Positions 39,176 through 48,815 of a stretch of DNA of 64,000 bases are shown here, one piece after another. Each line of letters begins with the position of its first letter. Positions within the stretch are counted from its first letter, which is position 1. A model generated the notes under the pieces. It saw nothing but the letters and a program-made list of their open reading frames with translations, was not told the DNA's origin and did no database searches. A program made the position numbers and the translations under genes. This DNA comes from a virus, in the IMG/VR virus record IMGVR_UViG_3300049929_000026, positions 32,001 to 96,000 of that record. The stretch is one strand, 5' to 3'.

Positions 39176-39705
39176 CAGGCGTCCACGATTTGGATCATTG
39201 CCCCAGTGGGCGCACTGATGATGTGGGCGTTGACGGCCGTCTTCATGGCATTCGCGAGCGCGTTAGCCGTGGTCTGGTCCGTTGCATCGGCGGTCGCGAT
39301 TGTGTTCGTCCCGTCATTGGTCCAATGAACATTGGATGCCGTGTAATGGGTGTTCAGCTTCGCCTTCAGAGCGTTCAGAAGCGCTTCGCAGGTCGTGAGG
39401 TCGATGGCTTTCGCCGTCGCATCCTTAGCAGTTACCGCAGTCTTGTGGGCATAGCTGTCCTGCCAGTGGATGTTCAGGTAGGTTTGCAGCTGGTTCGCCA
39501 GAACCAACGACGTTGCCAGGTCGGTCGCGTTGGCCGCGGTAATTTGCAGGTTGGTCACGATCGGATTGCGGTAATCCGAGGAGTTCGTGGTCTGCGTGGT
39601 GTCGGAGTGAAAGAAAGAGGCGACAGCCGACTCTTGCTTGAGATTGTGCTGGGTAACGAACGCATTGAGGATCGCGTCCGTTTGCCGGCGTACTCGATAT
39701 GCCAT
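39175..39705 (-). CDS. Capsid-associated protein with internal repeats
   Basis: Three A.DL.T...L.N.L....N.H units; GAGG RBS; follows MCP. Confidence 0.6.
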   Translation of the reverse strand: MAYRVRRQTDAILNAFVTQHNLKQESAVASFFHSDTTQTTNSSDYRNPIVTNLQITAANATDLATSLVLANQLQTYLNIHWQDSYAHKTAVTAKDATAKAIDLTTCEALLNALKAKLNTHYTASNVHWTNDGTNTIATADATDQTTANALANAMKTAVNAHIISAPTGAMIQIVDA

Positions 39706-39732
39706 CTGTTTTTCCTCGGCTTAGCCTGAAGA

Positions 39733-40737
39733 TCAGGTCTGGATGTTGAGGCGCGCACCGCAGGCGTTGGGCTTGTCGACAACGAGTTGCACGCTGCAGA
39801 GCGACTCGCCTTTGCTCGACGGTCCGGTCTTCGCCAGAGGCTCGAAGCACATATCGAGCGGAACGGAGCCGTAGCCGTCGTCCGGCGAGGTGGCGTCCAA
39901 GATTTCTTGGGGCACACGCGCGTCCGGCAGCGTCTCGATGTGGACGTGGTTCGAGTTCAGGTAGTACAGCGAGTTGGCCGTCGCGTCCTTGGACTTGACG
40001 AACATGCAGCCGTCGATTTCGAGGCCTTCGAAGCCGGCGTCCAGCGTGATCTTGCCGCGCGCCGTGTTGACCACCGTCCAACGACGGTTCGGGTCGAACA
40101 AGTTGGCTATCGCGTTGAACACGTCCGTCGAGCAGATACCGAGATCCGGCTGCTCACCGCACTGGTTGTAGATCTTGCCCAAGTCGCTGCGGATGAGCGC
40201 GAAGCTCGGCGAAGTCAGCGTGCCGGGGTCAACGACCGTCGGCTTCCAGAACGTCTTCGACGTGCGCAAGAGACCGGCGTAGGTGTTGGTGTCCTGAGCC
40301 ACGGCTACATCGAGACCCGCGATCAGGGTGCCAGTGCCAGCGCCACTGAACATGTCCTTTTCGACCAGCGCAGCGAGAGCGGCAGCCGAGTTGACGATGT
40401 TGCGCGCCCAAAGAGCTTGGTTGCCCATCGGGGTGGACGTCGATCGTGCTGCGTCCATCGAGAGCTTGGAAACGTGGATCGGGGCGCGGTAGAGACCCCA
40501 CGACAGCGTGGCCGGGTCCTGAGCGTCCGAACCGAAGTTCGCGGTGTCTGCGCCTTCTGAATAGTTCTCCGCGACCTGGCCGCCGGACTCAGCAACCCAT
40601 GCCACGTTCTTGCCAGAACCGCGGATGATCGGCAGCAGCTTGAGCAGCACAACGCGACGGTTGATCTGTCGAACGATGTCACCCCGGTATTCCTGGGCGA
40701 GCGTGATGAGGGAAAGAATTTGCGGGGTATCAGACAT
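39733..40737 (-). CDS. Major capsid protein
   Basis: 334 aa after the scaffold; YSEGAD, FSGAGT..IAGL, LYYLN and C-terminal LVVDKPNA..L pattern of HK97-fold MCPs. Confidence 0.85.
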   Translation of the reverse strand: MSDTPQILSLITLAQEYRGDIVRQINRRVVLLKLLPIIRGSGKNVAWVAESGGQVAENYSEGADTANFGSDAQDPATLSWGLYRAPIHVSKLSMDAARSTSTPMGNQALWARNIVNSAAALAALVEKDMFSGAGTGTLIAGLDVAVAQDTNTYAGLLRTSKTFWKPTVVDPGTLTSPSFALIRSDLGKIYNQCGEQPDLGICSTDVFNAIANLFDPNRRWTVVNTARGKITLDAGFEGLEIDGCMFVKSKDATANSLYYLNSNHVHIETLPDARVPQEILDATSPDDGYGSVPLDMCFEPLAKTGPSSKGESLCSVQLVVDKPNACGARLNIQT

Positions 40738-40822
40738 GGTTCAACCTTTCGTTCCCGCGGCGCGCGGGTACGTTCTGTGTTCGGAGTTGGCGCCGCGGTC
40801 ACTTGACAACGCGCGGCAGTGA

Positions 40823-41638
40823 TTAGAGGCCGGGGTACTTGCTAGCGAGTGCAGCTGCGCGCTCGTTTGCGCGCCGAACTTTTTCATCGTCGGTGGTCGC
40901 CGGACCTTCGTAGGTCGGCAGGCCATCGCGTCCCGTCGTGATGTGTCGGCCTGGAGCCCCACCGCCACGTTTCGGGTCACCCACGGGGGCAGGAACGAAG
41001 ATCTTGCCCTGCTCGGTACCCAGCCAATGCTTGAGGCCGTCGGCGAGAGGGAGCTGCAGATCTTCCTCGGGCGCGCCCGGATAGGGAGCCTTGCGCACGG
41101 TCACGAGCAGGTTCCCCTGGTCGTCGAACGTGACTCGCTTGTCTGCGTAGAACAGGATCTTTGCGGCGCTATCGGCCGCGCCCTTGATCACTTGGCCATC
41201 CAGCGCGGATGTCAGTGTTCGGAAGGCTGCGTCATCCCGGGATTTCTGCTCGGCCCTTTCGCGGCCAGAACGCTCTTGCGCATGCTTCTGCTCGAGCTCG
41301 GCGTATTTGGCTTCGAGAGCAGACAGGCGGGGATCCGGCTTTGGCGGCGCCAATGGATCGTGATCCGGTTTCGGCGGAGGAGGCGGGGGCGCGAGCTTCG
41401 CGATCACAGGGCTCAGCGTCTCTTCCCAATTCATCGCCTTCAGCGCGTCAGCAATGCTCGGCTGACGCTTCGAATGGCTCGTGATCGCGGCATTGACGGT
41501 CTTGCCGATCGCGTCCATCTGCTCCGCAGAGAACGCGGTAGCCGGAGGAGTGGGCAGCGCGGCCGGCGGATTGCCTGGCGCGGGAGGATCGTCGTGCTCA
41601 GCGAATAGCTGTGACCGATTGCCGAATAGTAGTGCCAT
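40823..41638 (-). CDS. Capsid scaffolding protein
   Basis: Pro-rich segments plus coiled coil; directly upstream of MCP. Confidence 0.7.
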   Translation of the reverse strand: MALLFGNRSQLFAEHDDPPAPGNPPAALPTPPATAFSAEQMDAIGKTVNAAITSHSKRQPSIADALKAMNWEETLSPVIAKLAPPPPPPKPDHDPLAPPKPDPRLSALEAKYAELEQKHAQERSGRERAEQKSRDDAAFRTLTSALDGQVIKGAADSAAKILFYADKRVTFDDQGNLLVTVRKAPYPGAPEEDLQLPLADGLKHWLGTEQGKIFVPAPVGDPKRGGGAPGRHITTGRDGLPTYEGPATTDDEKVRRANERAAALASKYPGL

Positions 41639-41758
41639 GTGCGTACCTCAGCCCTGACGGGCTGTTCACCGATTAGCGAGTGGTGAACTCGTGCTGGCCG
41701 TTGTCGGGTGGCCGGTATCCCGTGCACGCCGGAATGGCGTGTGAGTTTTGGTTTGGCG

Positions 41759-41986
41759 TCAGTTCGCCGCGATATCGGCGATCAGCGTGGTGACGGCCGT
41801 CGCTGCAGTAGCGTTCGGCGTTCCGCCTGCGTCGACTGGCAAGATTGCCAGAACGAAATCGCGATTCGCAGTGCTCAGCGCACGGCGCGCTGCTTCAGCG
41901 AGGCGCTCGCAGGTCTTCGTGTCCGTAGCGGTCAGCAATGCCAGAACGGCGTTAAGCTGCGACTTCGATGTAGCGGTGAGCGCCAT
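41759..41986 (-). CDS. Small hypothetical protein
   Basis: 75 aa; AGGA RBS. Confidence 0.55.
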   Translation of the reverse strand: MALTATSKSQLNAVLALLTATDTKTCERLAEAARRALSTANRDFVLAILPVDAGGTPNATAATAVTTLIADIAAN

Positions 41987-42067
41987 TGACTTGTTTTCCT
42001 ACGGAAGTTTTTGGTGACGAATGCGCCGAAGGCGAGCTAGCCTTTGCTGATGAGAAAACCGAAAGAC

Positions 42068-42298
42068 ATGAGTGCCATCGATTGTCTCAATGAACGCCCA
42101 CTGCTGGCTTATGCGATAAGCGGCGCAGGCATTGTAACTGCCAGCGAAGTGCTCAGTCGCGAGTCAGCGCTTGACTGGATCAAGTGTGAGAGAGCGATTG
42201 AGCGCGAGTCAGCGCGCTGTAACTTCCGCAAGCCAAACAAGATGACATTGCTGGCGGTGGAATATCGCGTCGCGAGAGTTCACGTGCTCAAGGCGTGA
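42068..42298 (+). CDS. Possible antisense hypothetical protein
   Basis: Fills a lower-GC gap between two minus-strand genes. Confidence 0.35.
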   Translation: MSAIDCLNERPLLAYAISGAGIVTASEVLSRESALDWIKCERAIERESARCNFRKPNKMTLLAVEYRVARVHVLKA

Positions 42299-42299
42299 G

Positions 42300-42737
42300 T
42301 TACGCCGACTTCTCTCCGAAGCCAGTCACGTACAATTCGACTGCCGCACCGGCGCTTGTGCTTGAGCCGGCGACGTAAACCAATCGGAAGCCTTCGCCTG
42401 GATGCCCACCGAGGAACGTCGCGGCGGACAGTCCGACAGCGGGGGCGGCGTCCGTGCCTGCGTTCGCAGCGACGATCGTTGTCGAGTCCGCCATTGAGCA
42501 CTTGAGCGAATACCTCACTGCTGCGCCGCCTGCTGCGATCTGTACGAAGTGACACCAGTCGGCCCACACGTTCGCGGCGACCAAGCGTTGTAGGTAGATA
42601 TCGAGCACTCCACCCGTCGCGCCGACAAGCAGCGCGTCGATTCGCAAAGAGGTGAAGCGACCGAGCCCACGCAGTCCAGCACCGACAACGGTGCTGGCGG
42701 CGGCCGGGCTCGTATCTGTGACGTGGAAAACTTGCAT
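42300..42737 (-). CDS. Hypothetical virion protein
   Basis: Beta-rich; start MQVFH 4 nt after upstream stop. Confidence 0.6.
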   Translation of the reverse strand: MQVFHVTDTSPAAASTVVGAGLRGLGRFTSLRIDALLVGATGGVLDIYLQRLVAANVWADWCHFVQIAAGGAAVRYSLKCSMADSTTIVAANAGTDAAPAVGLSAATFLGGHPGEGFRLVYVAGSSTSAGAAVELYVTGFGEKSA

Positions 42738-42741
42738 GGGT

Positions 42742-43215
42742 TCAGCTATTCGCTTCCAAAATCTTCGCACCCCGACGCCGAAGCTCCGGAGCGATCTCAC
42801 GCCAGACGGTCACGCAGCCCTTAGCCATGGTGGCTTGCCCGGCAGTGCGCTCGACAACAGGCGTATCGAGATGAATGATCAGATCGGCAGGGACGCCGTT
42901 CGGGTTACGAAGCAACCACTTCCGCAGCGCTCGCCCCATCGCAACGTTCTCGCAGATCCAAGGCCCCGGAGCGTCGAGCCAAGAGGATGCTCGGAGGGAA
43001 CCCTCCGACCACTCGGTACCGACCAGCTCTTCGCCGTCGTGCACCTTGTAACCCTGGAGTTCAAGCTTGCCGGCTAGGGTTGTTTTGCCCGACCGCGGCG
43101 CTCCGGCTATCACGATTCGCTCGTGTCGCTGGTGGCGCAACAGGCTGGCCAGGCCGTTCAGTGCCAGTCTGTGGTGCAAATAGAGCTGCTGCAGCTGCTC
43201 GCTCGGCTGCGGCAT
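42742..43215 (-). CDS. P-loop NMP-kinase-like protein (start uncertain)
   Basis: RIVIAGAPRSGKTTLA Walker A, WICE, DLIIHLD; overlaps portal 3' end. Confidence 0.7.
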   Translation of the reverse strand: MPQPSEQLQQLYLHHRLALNGLASLLRHQRHERIVIAGAPRSGKTTLAGKLELQGYKVHDGEELVGTEWSEGSLRASSWLDAPGPWICENVAMGRALRKWLLRNPNGVPADLIIHLDTPVVERTAGQATMAKGCVTVWREIAPELRRRGAKILEANS

Positions 43216-44653
43216 CGACTGCGGGATCGGTGGTTCCAGCTTCAATCTCCGTCTGGACCTTTGCCTTCGTGGCTTGGTCCATGTCGGGCAAGAGGCCCTC
43301 GGCGAGCTTGTTGAACATCTGCACGCGGAAGGTCCGGCTGGGGATGCTCCCAAACGTCTGGACCTTCACCATGGTATCAACGAGACCGATCAGGTCGGCG
43401 GAGGCGAAGTCGTCCAAGCCCTCGACTGACCACTTGAACCTGTCGCCACGAAGGGCTTCGAGCATGTCGTAAACGCGCTCGATCGTCTCTTTGACGACCC
43501 GCGCATATGCAAGCAGGATCACGCGGGTGGACTGTGCGTCCTCGCTCTTGCTCTCAGCGGTGCGCCCAATGGCTGCAGCGTTGTTCTCGACGCCAAGTGC
43601 CATCTGGTGGGCAAGACGAAAAATCTCGTCCTTCTGTGACGCGATGTTTACGTCGAGCGCCGAAAAATGCGCGGATGGTGGCGCTTGCCAGCCTGCTTTT
43701 TCTTCAGTCCCTAGAACAATTCCGCGGCCAGCTCCGACGGTCTCTTTCACGAACTCCTCGGGCGAAGTTACGTTGTAGACCATCATCGCGTAGCACGATG
43801 TGGCTAGGCTCCAGCTCTGCGCGTTTGAGGCGCGGAAGTGCGAGAGCTGTGGCGTCTTCAATCGGCTTGCGGCCCAAAGCCCACGCGGGAGGTCGATGCA
43901 GACTAGCGGGACCCGGCCGAAACCGTGATCGCGCGTGCCAACGAGTGGAACGACCGTTTCAGGCGGTGGCGGGCGGTCTCGCTCATAGGTCAGGGCGTAG
44001 CTGTCGACACGGTCTGGTAGGTAGTGTTCCCACGTAACAGTGACTTGGTTTCGCTTTGCCGATAGGCCGGCGCGTCGCGCGTCGCAGCTATGAACAATTG
44101 CCCACGCAAGGCGGCCCTGGTCGTCCGACTCCCAGTCAAGGACTTGATTGAACGATAGCGGGCGAAGCCAGCACTCACCTAGTTTTAGGTTATCGAACTC
44201 TGCGCGATTGGCCGGTGGCGTTTGGCCTTCGAGCGGAACTGGTTGTTCGACCGACAGCCACGAAGTGCGGTGGACCATCGCATCGGTCAGGCGGTCCTTG
44301 AAGAAGGCGTCGAGATCAGTTCCGGCCCGATCGCAGTCCTCGCGAAATGCCGAGTAGAAGTCCCCAGGGTCCGGGTTGACTTCTTGCGTCTTGTCGTCCC
44401 GCGCGACGACATTCGGCTTGCTCGTGAATAGCAACGCCGCAAAGTAGTCGATGATCGCGCCGAGGTAGTTGCGGTAGAAGGCCGTACGCTTCCGGAGCTC
44501 GTAGCGAGGCCCCGTTTCTTGCTCCCACTGCGGCAAAAAACGGGTTACCCGCTGCTCAAACAGCTCATCGCCCTCATACAGCGCCTCCAGATCGCGCATC
44601 CGCTCGATATTGCACGAGGGGTGGCGTTGGTTAAGGTCTTGGATGGTGGGCAT
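43061..44653 (-). CDS. Portal protein
   Basis: 530 aa after TerL; ALYEG..FLP..Y..R...FYRNY and HGFGRVPLV motifs. Confidence 0.85.
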   Translation of the reverse strand: MPTIQDLNQRHPSCNIERMRDLEALYEGDELFEQRVTRFLPQWEQETGPRYELRKRTAFYRNYLGAIIDYFAALLFTSKPNVVARDDKTQEVNPDPGDFYSAFREDCDRAGTDLDAFFKDRLTDAMVHRTSWLSVEQPVPLEGQTPPANRAEFDNLKLGECWLRPLSFNQVLDWESDDQGRLAWAIVHSCDARRAGLSAKRNQVTVTWEHYLPDRVDSYALTYERDRPPPPETVVPLVGTRDHGFGRVPLVCIDLPRGLWAASRLKTPQLSHFRASNAQSWSLATSCYAMMVYNVTSPEEFVKETVGAGRGIVLGTEEKAGWQAPPSAHFSALDVNIASQKDEIFRLAHQMALGVENNAAAIGRTAESKSEDAQSTRVILLAYARVVKETIERVYDMLEALRGDRFKWSVEGLDDFASADLIGLVDTMVKVQTFGSIPSRTFRVQMFNKLAEGLLPDMDQATKAKVQTEIEAGTTDPAVDAAAERAAAAALFAPQTGTERPGQPVAPPATRANRDSRSAAVGQNNPSRQA

Positions 44654-44656
44654 CGA

Positions 44657-45985
44657 TCATTGCAGCATTGCGTAACTCGCCGTGCGGCCGAGCATGAGGG
44701 CACTCAGTGCCCACACGAGAGCGTCCATCCGGTCTGGGCTCTTTGAGGCGAGAGCTGGGTCCCAGCTCACCATCTGGTCTTCGAGTTTTGGGAAACATCC
44801 AATGTGGTGGACCTTCCCCTGCTCATAGAGTGCAGCGATCGGCTCTGCTCGAATGGCCTTACCGCGGCTAGCATGGACCTTGGAGACGGGAATGTTTGAC
44901 GCCGCGGTGCGTAGATTGGCTTCGACCAAATCACCACCGTTGTTGACCTCAGCCACCACACGGTCCGCCTTGTGTCTCTTGTAGATGGCGACTACCTGCT
45001 GCGCCCATTGGTTCGGGGTCGCCATGGAAAGCGACCCGTCTTCAATGACGTAGGCGTGCTTGTCGTGCCCAAGTCCAACGCAGATGATGCCGGTCTCGTC
45101 GCTATCTTCGTTTACGCTGACCGCTGGATCAACCGCGACTACGACGCGCCGGAACTCAGGAGCGTCCTTTGGCGCAACACGCAATTGCTCAATACGCCCG
45201 CGCTTCCAAAGCGCTCCCGGGGCGTCGTCTAAAACCTCTCCGTCAAGCTCCTGACGGCCTAGCCGGGTGCCCTCATACTTGCGCACGATCTGCGCAAGGA
45301 AGGTGGGAGCTAGGTTCGCCTGGTTGTCGCGCGTTCGACCGCGCGTCACCACAACGTCTGTGCCCTCACGCGAAAGCAACGAACGGATGATATCCGTCGG
45401 GCGAGGGGTAGTCGCGACGACTGCTCGGGGGCGGCGGCCCAGCCGTAGACCCAGCATTGCCTGGTCCCAAGCCTCTGGGTACCGCCAAGCCGCGAGTTCG
45501 TCCGCTACGAAAAAATCATGTTGTGGCCCACGGAACCGGTCGGGCTCATCCGCCGAGAACAGCGTCGCGCGGGCGCCAGTGCTGGGCCATGTCAGCCGGC
45601 GTTTGCTCGGCTCATAGACGGGCCGGTTCCAAGGCGGAGACTTGGCCAAGAAGCCACTCTCGCCTTCGATCAAGATGTCGCGGACGTCAGCCGACGTCGC
45701 ACCGGCGATCCCGATCCGGCCAGCCCGCTTGGCAGCGACCTCTTCCTGAACGCATTCGACGATCGATCGTGTCTTGCCGAATCCGCGACCAGCGAGGATC
45801 AGCCAGATGAACCAGTTGTCCCCGCCTGGGGTGAACTGTCCGGGCCGGCCCCAAAACCGCCACTCATGGACAAGGGCTTGGCTCTCAGCCTCCGTCAGGC
45901 TTTTGAGGATCCGATCCCGCTCCAGTTGCGGAAGCTGCGCCAGCGACGAGGCCAGCGAGACGTTCGAGAAGTTGGCTTCGGGCAT
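44657..45985 (-). CDS. terL: Terminase large subunit
   Basis: AGRGFGKT Walker A, FVADE Walker B, ATTP, VAVDPA nuclease, SPDRMDA. Confidence 0.96.
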   Translation of the reverse strand: MPEANFSNVSLASSLAQLPQLERDRILKSLTEAESQALVHEWRFWGRPGQFTPGGDNWFIWLILAGRGFGKTRSIVECVQEEVAAKRAGRIGIAGATSADVRDILIEGESGFLAKSPPWNRPVYEPSKRRLTWPSTGARATLFSADEPDRFRGPQHDFFVADELAAWRYPEAWDQAMLGLRLGRRPRAVVATTPRPTDIIRSLLSREGTDVVVTRGRTRDNQANLAPTFLAQIVRKYEGTRLGRQELDGEVLDDAPGALWKRGRIEQLRVAPKDAPEFRRVVVAVDPAVSVNEDSDETGIICVGLGHDKHAYVIEDGSLSMATPNQWAQQVVAIYKRHKADRVVAEVNNGGDLVEANLRTAASNIPVSKVHASRGKAIRAEPIAALYEQGKVHHIGCFPKLEDQMVSWDPALASKSPDRMDALVWALSALMLGRTASYAMLQ

Positions 45986-46421
45986 CGATCGGGATCGGAT
46001 CTCCGTCGGGTCCGCTCAGTTCCTGCTTGGTGGGCGCGTCGAAGCCGAGCGTCTTGGCGCGGCGCTGCTCGATCCGCACCAGACGGTCAACCGCGTCGAA
46101 ATCCCCCGTCACCACGGAAGGCCAAATCCCCTTCATGGCGGTATCCAGGCGTTCCAGGCTGATGGCCTTTTGCTGCTCAACGAACCCGTCAGCGGTGCTT
46201 CTTGTTCTAGCTAGAACGGCGTCTAGGTCGCGCTGAACGGTGGCCAATCCAACCTTCAGGTGCCCGGCTATCTCCCGGACGGTCCACCCCGCAACCCGGA
46301 GCTTGGTCGTCTGCTCCCGACGTTGCTCGATGGCCATCTCCGCGGCCTTCTGCTTCGTCGTTCGCTTCTTGCGGGGCTTTTTGGCTGGCTTCTTCGGCCT
46401 TGGGTCTTGTTCCGTGTCCAT
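45885..46421 (-). CDS. Terminase small subunit (HTH)
   Basis: LRVAGWTVREIAGHLKV HTH; RRAKTLGFDAP..ELSGPDGDPI; upstream of terL. Confidence 0.75.
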   Translation of the reverse strand: MDTEQDPRPKKPAKKPRKKRTTKQKAAEMAIEQRREQTTKLRVAGWTVREIAGHLKVGLATVQRDLDAVLARTRSTADGFVEQQKAISLERLDTAMKGIWPSVVTGDFDAVDRLVRIEQRRAKTLGFDAPTKQELSGPDGDPIPIDARSQLLERLAGLVAGAASATGAGSDPQKPDGG

Positions 46422-46550
46422 GGGTGTTCCACGTTTAGCGGCTAGCCCTGGACGATCGATACGGTTTATTGAGTCGCAGACGATGTCTGCGTCCAGTCAG
46501 CCGTGCTCATCCCGTGGCTTAAACGATGATGAAAGAATCAACGCCGCGCC

Positions 46551-46934
46551 TTAGTTTCTGAGCGCTTCGTTCACCGCTACCCGCACGCTGGCCCGCCTCG
46601 CGAGCTTCCGCAGCGCATCAAACTCAACCTGGCGAATCCGCTCCCGGCTGACGCCGCCGATTTCGCCGATCTGCTCGAGCGTCATCTCGACGCCTGGCTT
46701 CACTCGATAGGCCATGATGGCTTTCCAATCGATTCCGCCGGCTCGGGATGGTATGCAGCCCAATCCGAGGTGCGCGGTTGATCCGCAGCGGCGGCAGTAC
46801 ATCGGCGCTTTCTCGGGCGTTCGTGCCGGTATTGCCTGCAAGGACGGAGGCGATGCTGGGCGGCTTTTGCCCGCCTTCTGCTCGGCTGCTTGCCGAGAGC
46901 GCTCCCGCCTCAATTCCCTGCCTGACTTCTTCAC
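46551..46934 (-). CDS. Protein with zinc-knuckle-like motif and sigma70 region 4 HTH
   Basis: CRRCGSTAH; MTLEQIGEIGGVSRERIRQVEFDALRKL; GTG start overlapping upstream stop. Confidence 0.75.
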   Translation of the reverse strand: MKKSGRELRRERSRQAAEQKAGKSRPASPPSLQAIPARTPEKAPMYCRRCGSTAHLGLGCIPSRAGGIDWKAIMAYRVKPGVEMTLEQIGEIGGVSRERIRQVEFDALRKLARRASVRVAVNEALRN

Positions 46935-47530
46935 CGAGTCGCCCGGTCCTCGGCATCGTTCCGGCGCATCTGCCGGGCAATCCCGAATTCCCCAATCTTC
47001 GCCTTGAGCGTGGGCCATCCCATCGCTGGGGTGGGTTCTGGGCGGTGCTGGCCGGGGGTGTGTTGGTCGGCGTAGAGGGTTCGTTGGCGGCGCTGTTGCG
47101 GCTTCTGTGGGCTCATGCTCGTGGCTTGAGGGGTGAGGCAGGGTGGGTAGGGGTGGTCAGGTGACCGCTTGGCCTGGCGCTTGCTTATGCCGTCCCTCAT
47201 GAGGGAAACAACGAAGGCTCGACCGTTGGCTGATTTCTACACGCAGCACCTGGGGACTCCGACGGCTGGAGCAGGGACTGCGGAGCATCTGACCTACGTC
47301 CGCATGCGGCGCGTCCAGATGGCGTCAGGAGCTTGGGGCTGGGCTCAGCGCTCGGTGCCTGGACAGAACCGGCGAAGCGCTGGGGCTGGGGTGCGGCAGC
47401 TCCGATAGCTGGGGGCGCCCAGGTGATTGGGGCTTCCTGTCGCCGTACCGAGTTCCCGATGCGCATCCCCAGGAAGAGCGGGGCTCCGTGCGACCCGCTT
47501 TCTATAGACGTGCAGCAAAACCGTGGGCGA

Positions 47531-47935
47531 TCACGTCCCAGTTGCGTCTCGATCAAGCTCCGCCATCTGGGCTATGAATGTGGCGGTAAGCTTCTGTTTC
47601 TGTTCGAGAATCCGAATGCGTGAACCATGGTCATTCACTCGGCGGCGGAGGTCCTTGCATTCCAGGCCGATTTCGATCGTGTTCTTCTCCAGGTCGTCGA
47701 TCGCTTTGAGCGTCTCTTGTGGCAACAGATCCTCCAGTGCGCGCTTGCTCACGTAGAGGGCGCGCCCCACGCGCTTAGCGTAAGTGGTGGCGTTCCTGCG
47801 CTCAAGCGACCGTAGGAGGCGGTAGACGTACTTGCGGCGCGTCGCGCGCGTCATGCTGGCGAGCTTCGGGTGGCTGGGCTCGAGGATTTTGGCGAGCTCC
47901 ACGAGCAGGAACCATCGGTCGCGGCGGGGCCTCAC
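47531..47935 (-). CDS. Hypothetical basic/coiled-coil protein, paralog A
   Basis: MRPRRDRW...ERR...Y.KR.G...V; GTGA overlap with HNH stop. Confidence 0.65.
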   Translation of the reverse strand: MRPRRDRWFLLVELAKILEPSHPKLASMTRATRRKYVYRLLRSLERRNATTYAKRVGRALYVSKRALEDLLPQETLKAIDDLEKNTIEIGLECKDLRRRVNDHGSRIRILEQKQKLTATFIAQMAELDRDATGT

Positions 47936-48444
47936 GGGTCGAGTCCTGGCAACGGGATATCGCCGCGCGCTTCGAGCCATCGGCGGCGGATATCCACCTC
48001 ACTCAGATCGGGGCGCCGGGCCAGCCAACGCGGGAGCGTCAGGTCGGTCTTGTTGCTATTGCAGGGCTGGCAGGCCGGAGCGAGATTCCCCTCATCGTGT
48101 CGACCGCCGCGCACGAAGGCGACGATGTGGTCGAGCACGAGCAGATCGGCCCGTGTTCCACAATACAAGCAGGAGTAGCCGTGAAGGCGTTCAAGACGCC
48201 AGCGCAGTCCGACTGGGTGAGGCGAGCGACGGGCCGCGATTGCGCTAAGCGGCTGCCGCAGTGATTCCGTGATCGTCAGGTCCTCATCCGGCGCCTGGCC
48301 CCACCGGCCGAATGCACGTTCCTTGGCCAGCCGAAGCGCTCCCAAGCCACCACCATCCGCATCCAAGCTCGACTCGAAAATTAGACGCTTGAAAGCCTCC
48401 TCGAACCGCTCCCCGTCATAGGCGGTACCGCGTCGGCGCGTCAC
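47932..48444 (-). CDS. HNH endonuclease (Zn-binding HNHc)
   Basis: CLYCG..LDHIVAFVRGG....NLAPACQPCNSNK. Confidence 0.9.
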   Translation of the reverse strand: MTRRRGTAYDGERFEEAFKRLIFESSLDADGGGLGALRLAKERAFGRWGQAPDEDLTITESLRQPLSAIAARRSPHPVGLRWRLERLHGYSCLYCGTRADLLVLDHIVAFVRGGRHDEGNLAPACQPCNSNKTDLTLPRWLARRPDLSEVDIRRRWLEARGDIPLPGLDP

Positions 48445-48815
48445 GGCAGCAACTTCCGTTCGATTTCCGCGAGGCGTAGCGCCTGGCCACGGATGAGCGC
48501 TCCCTGCGCCTTTATCGTCGCTCTCAGCCTTTTTAGTTCCGCCTCCAGAAACTCCACCCCCGGATCGCGCTGCCCGTGTTCTTTGGCGCTAGCCAACAGC
48601 GGCAGGCAGACCCTTTTGACGAAGATGTCTCCACCGGCTCGCTTCGTGTATGCCGCCGAATCGCGACGCTCAGCGCTGCCAACGAGCCGGCGAACCGCTT
48701 CGCGTTGGCGTTTCCTGTCCTTGTCGGCGATCTTCGTCCAGAACGCCGGGTGGTGTTCAGGTAACGCACCGAGAACCTCCGGCATGGAGAGCCAGCGTTG
48801 GCGACGAGGTCTCAT
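48441..48815 (-). CDS. Hypothetical basic/coiled-coil protein, paralog B
   Basis: MRPRRQRW...ERR...YTKRAG; ATGA overlap. Confidence 0.65.
   Translation of the reverse strand: MRPRRQRWLSMPEVLGALPEHHPAFWTKIADKDRKRQREAVRRLVGSAERRDSAAYTKRAGGDIFVKRVCLPLLASAKEHGQRDPGVEFLEAELKRLRATIKAQGALIRGQALRLAEIERKLLP

Noticed and set aside
46931-47556. ORFs 46931-47200 and 47197-47556
   Set aside because: Low-complexity translations with competing frames; could not support a call
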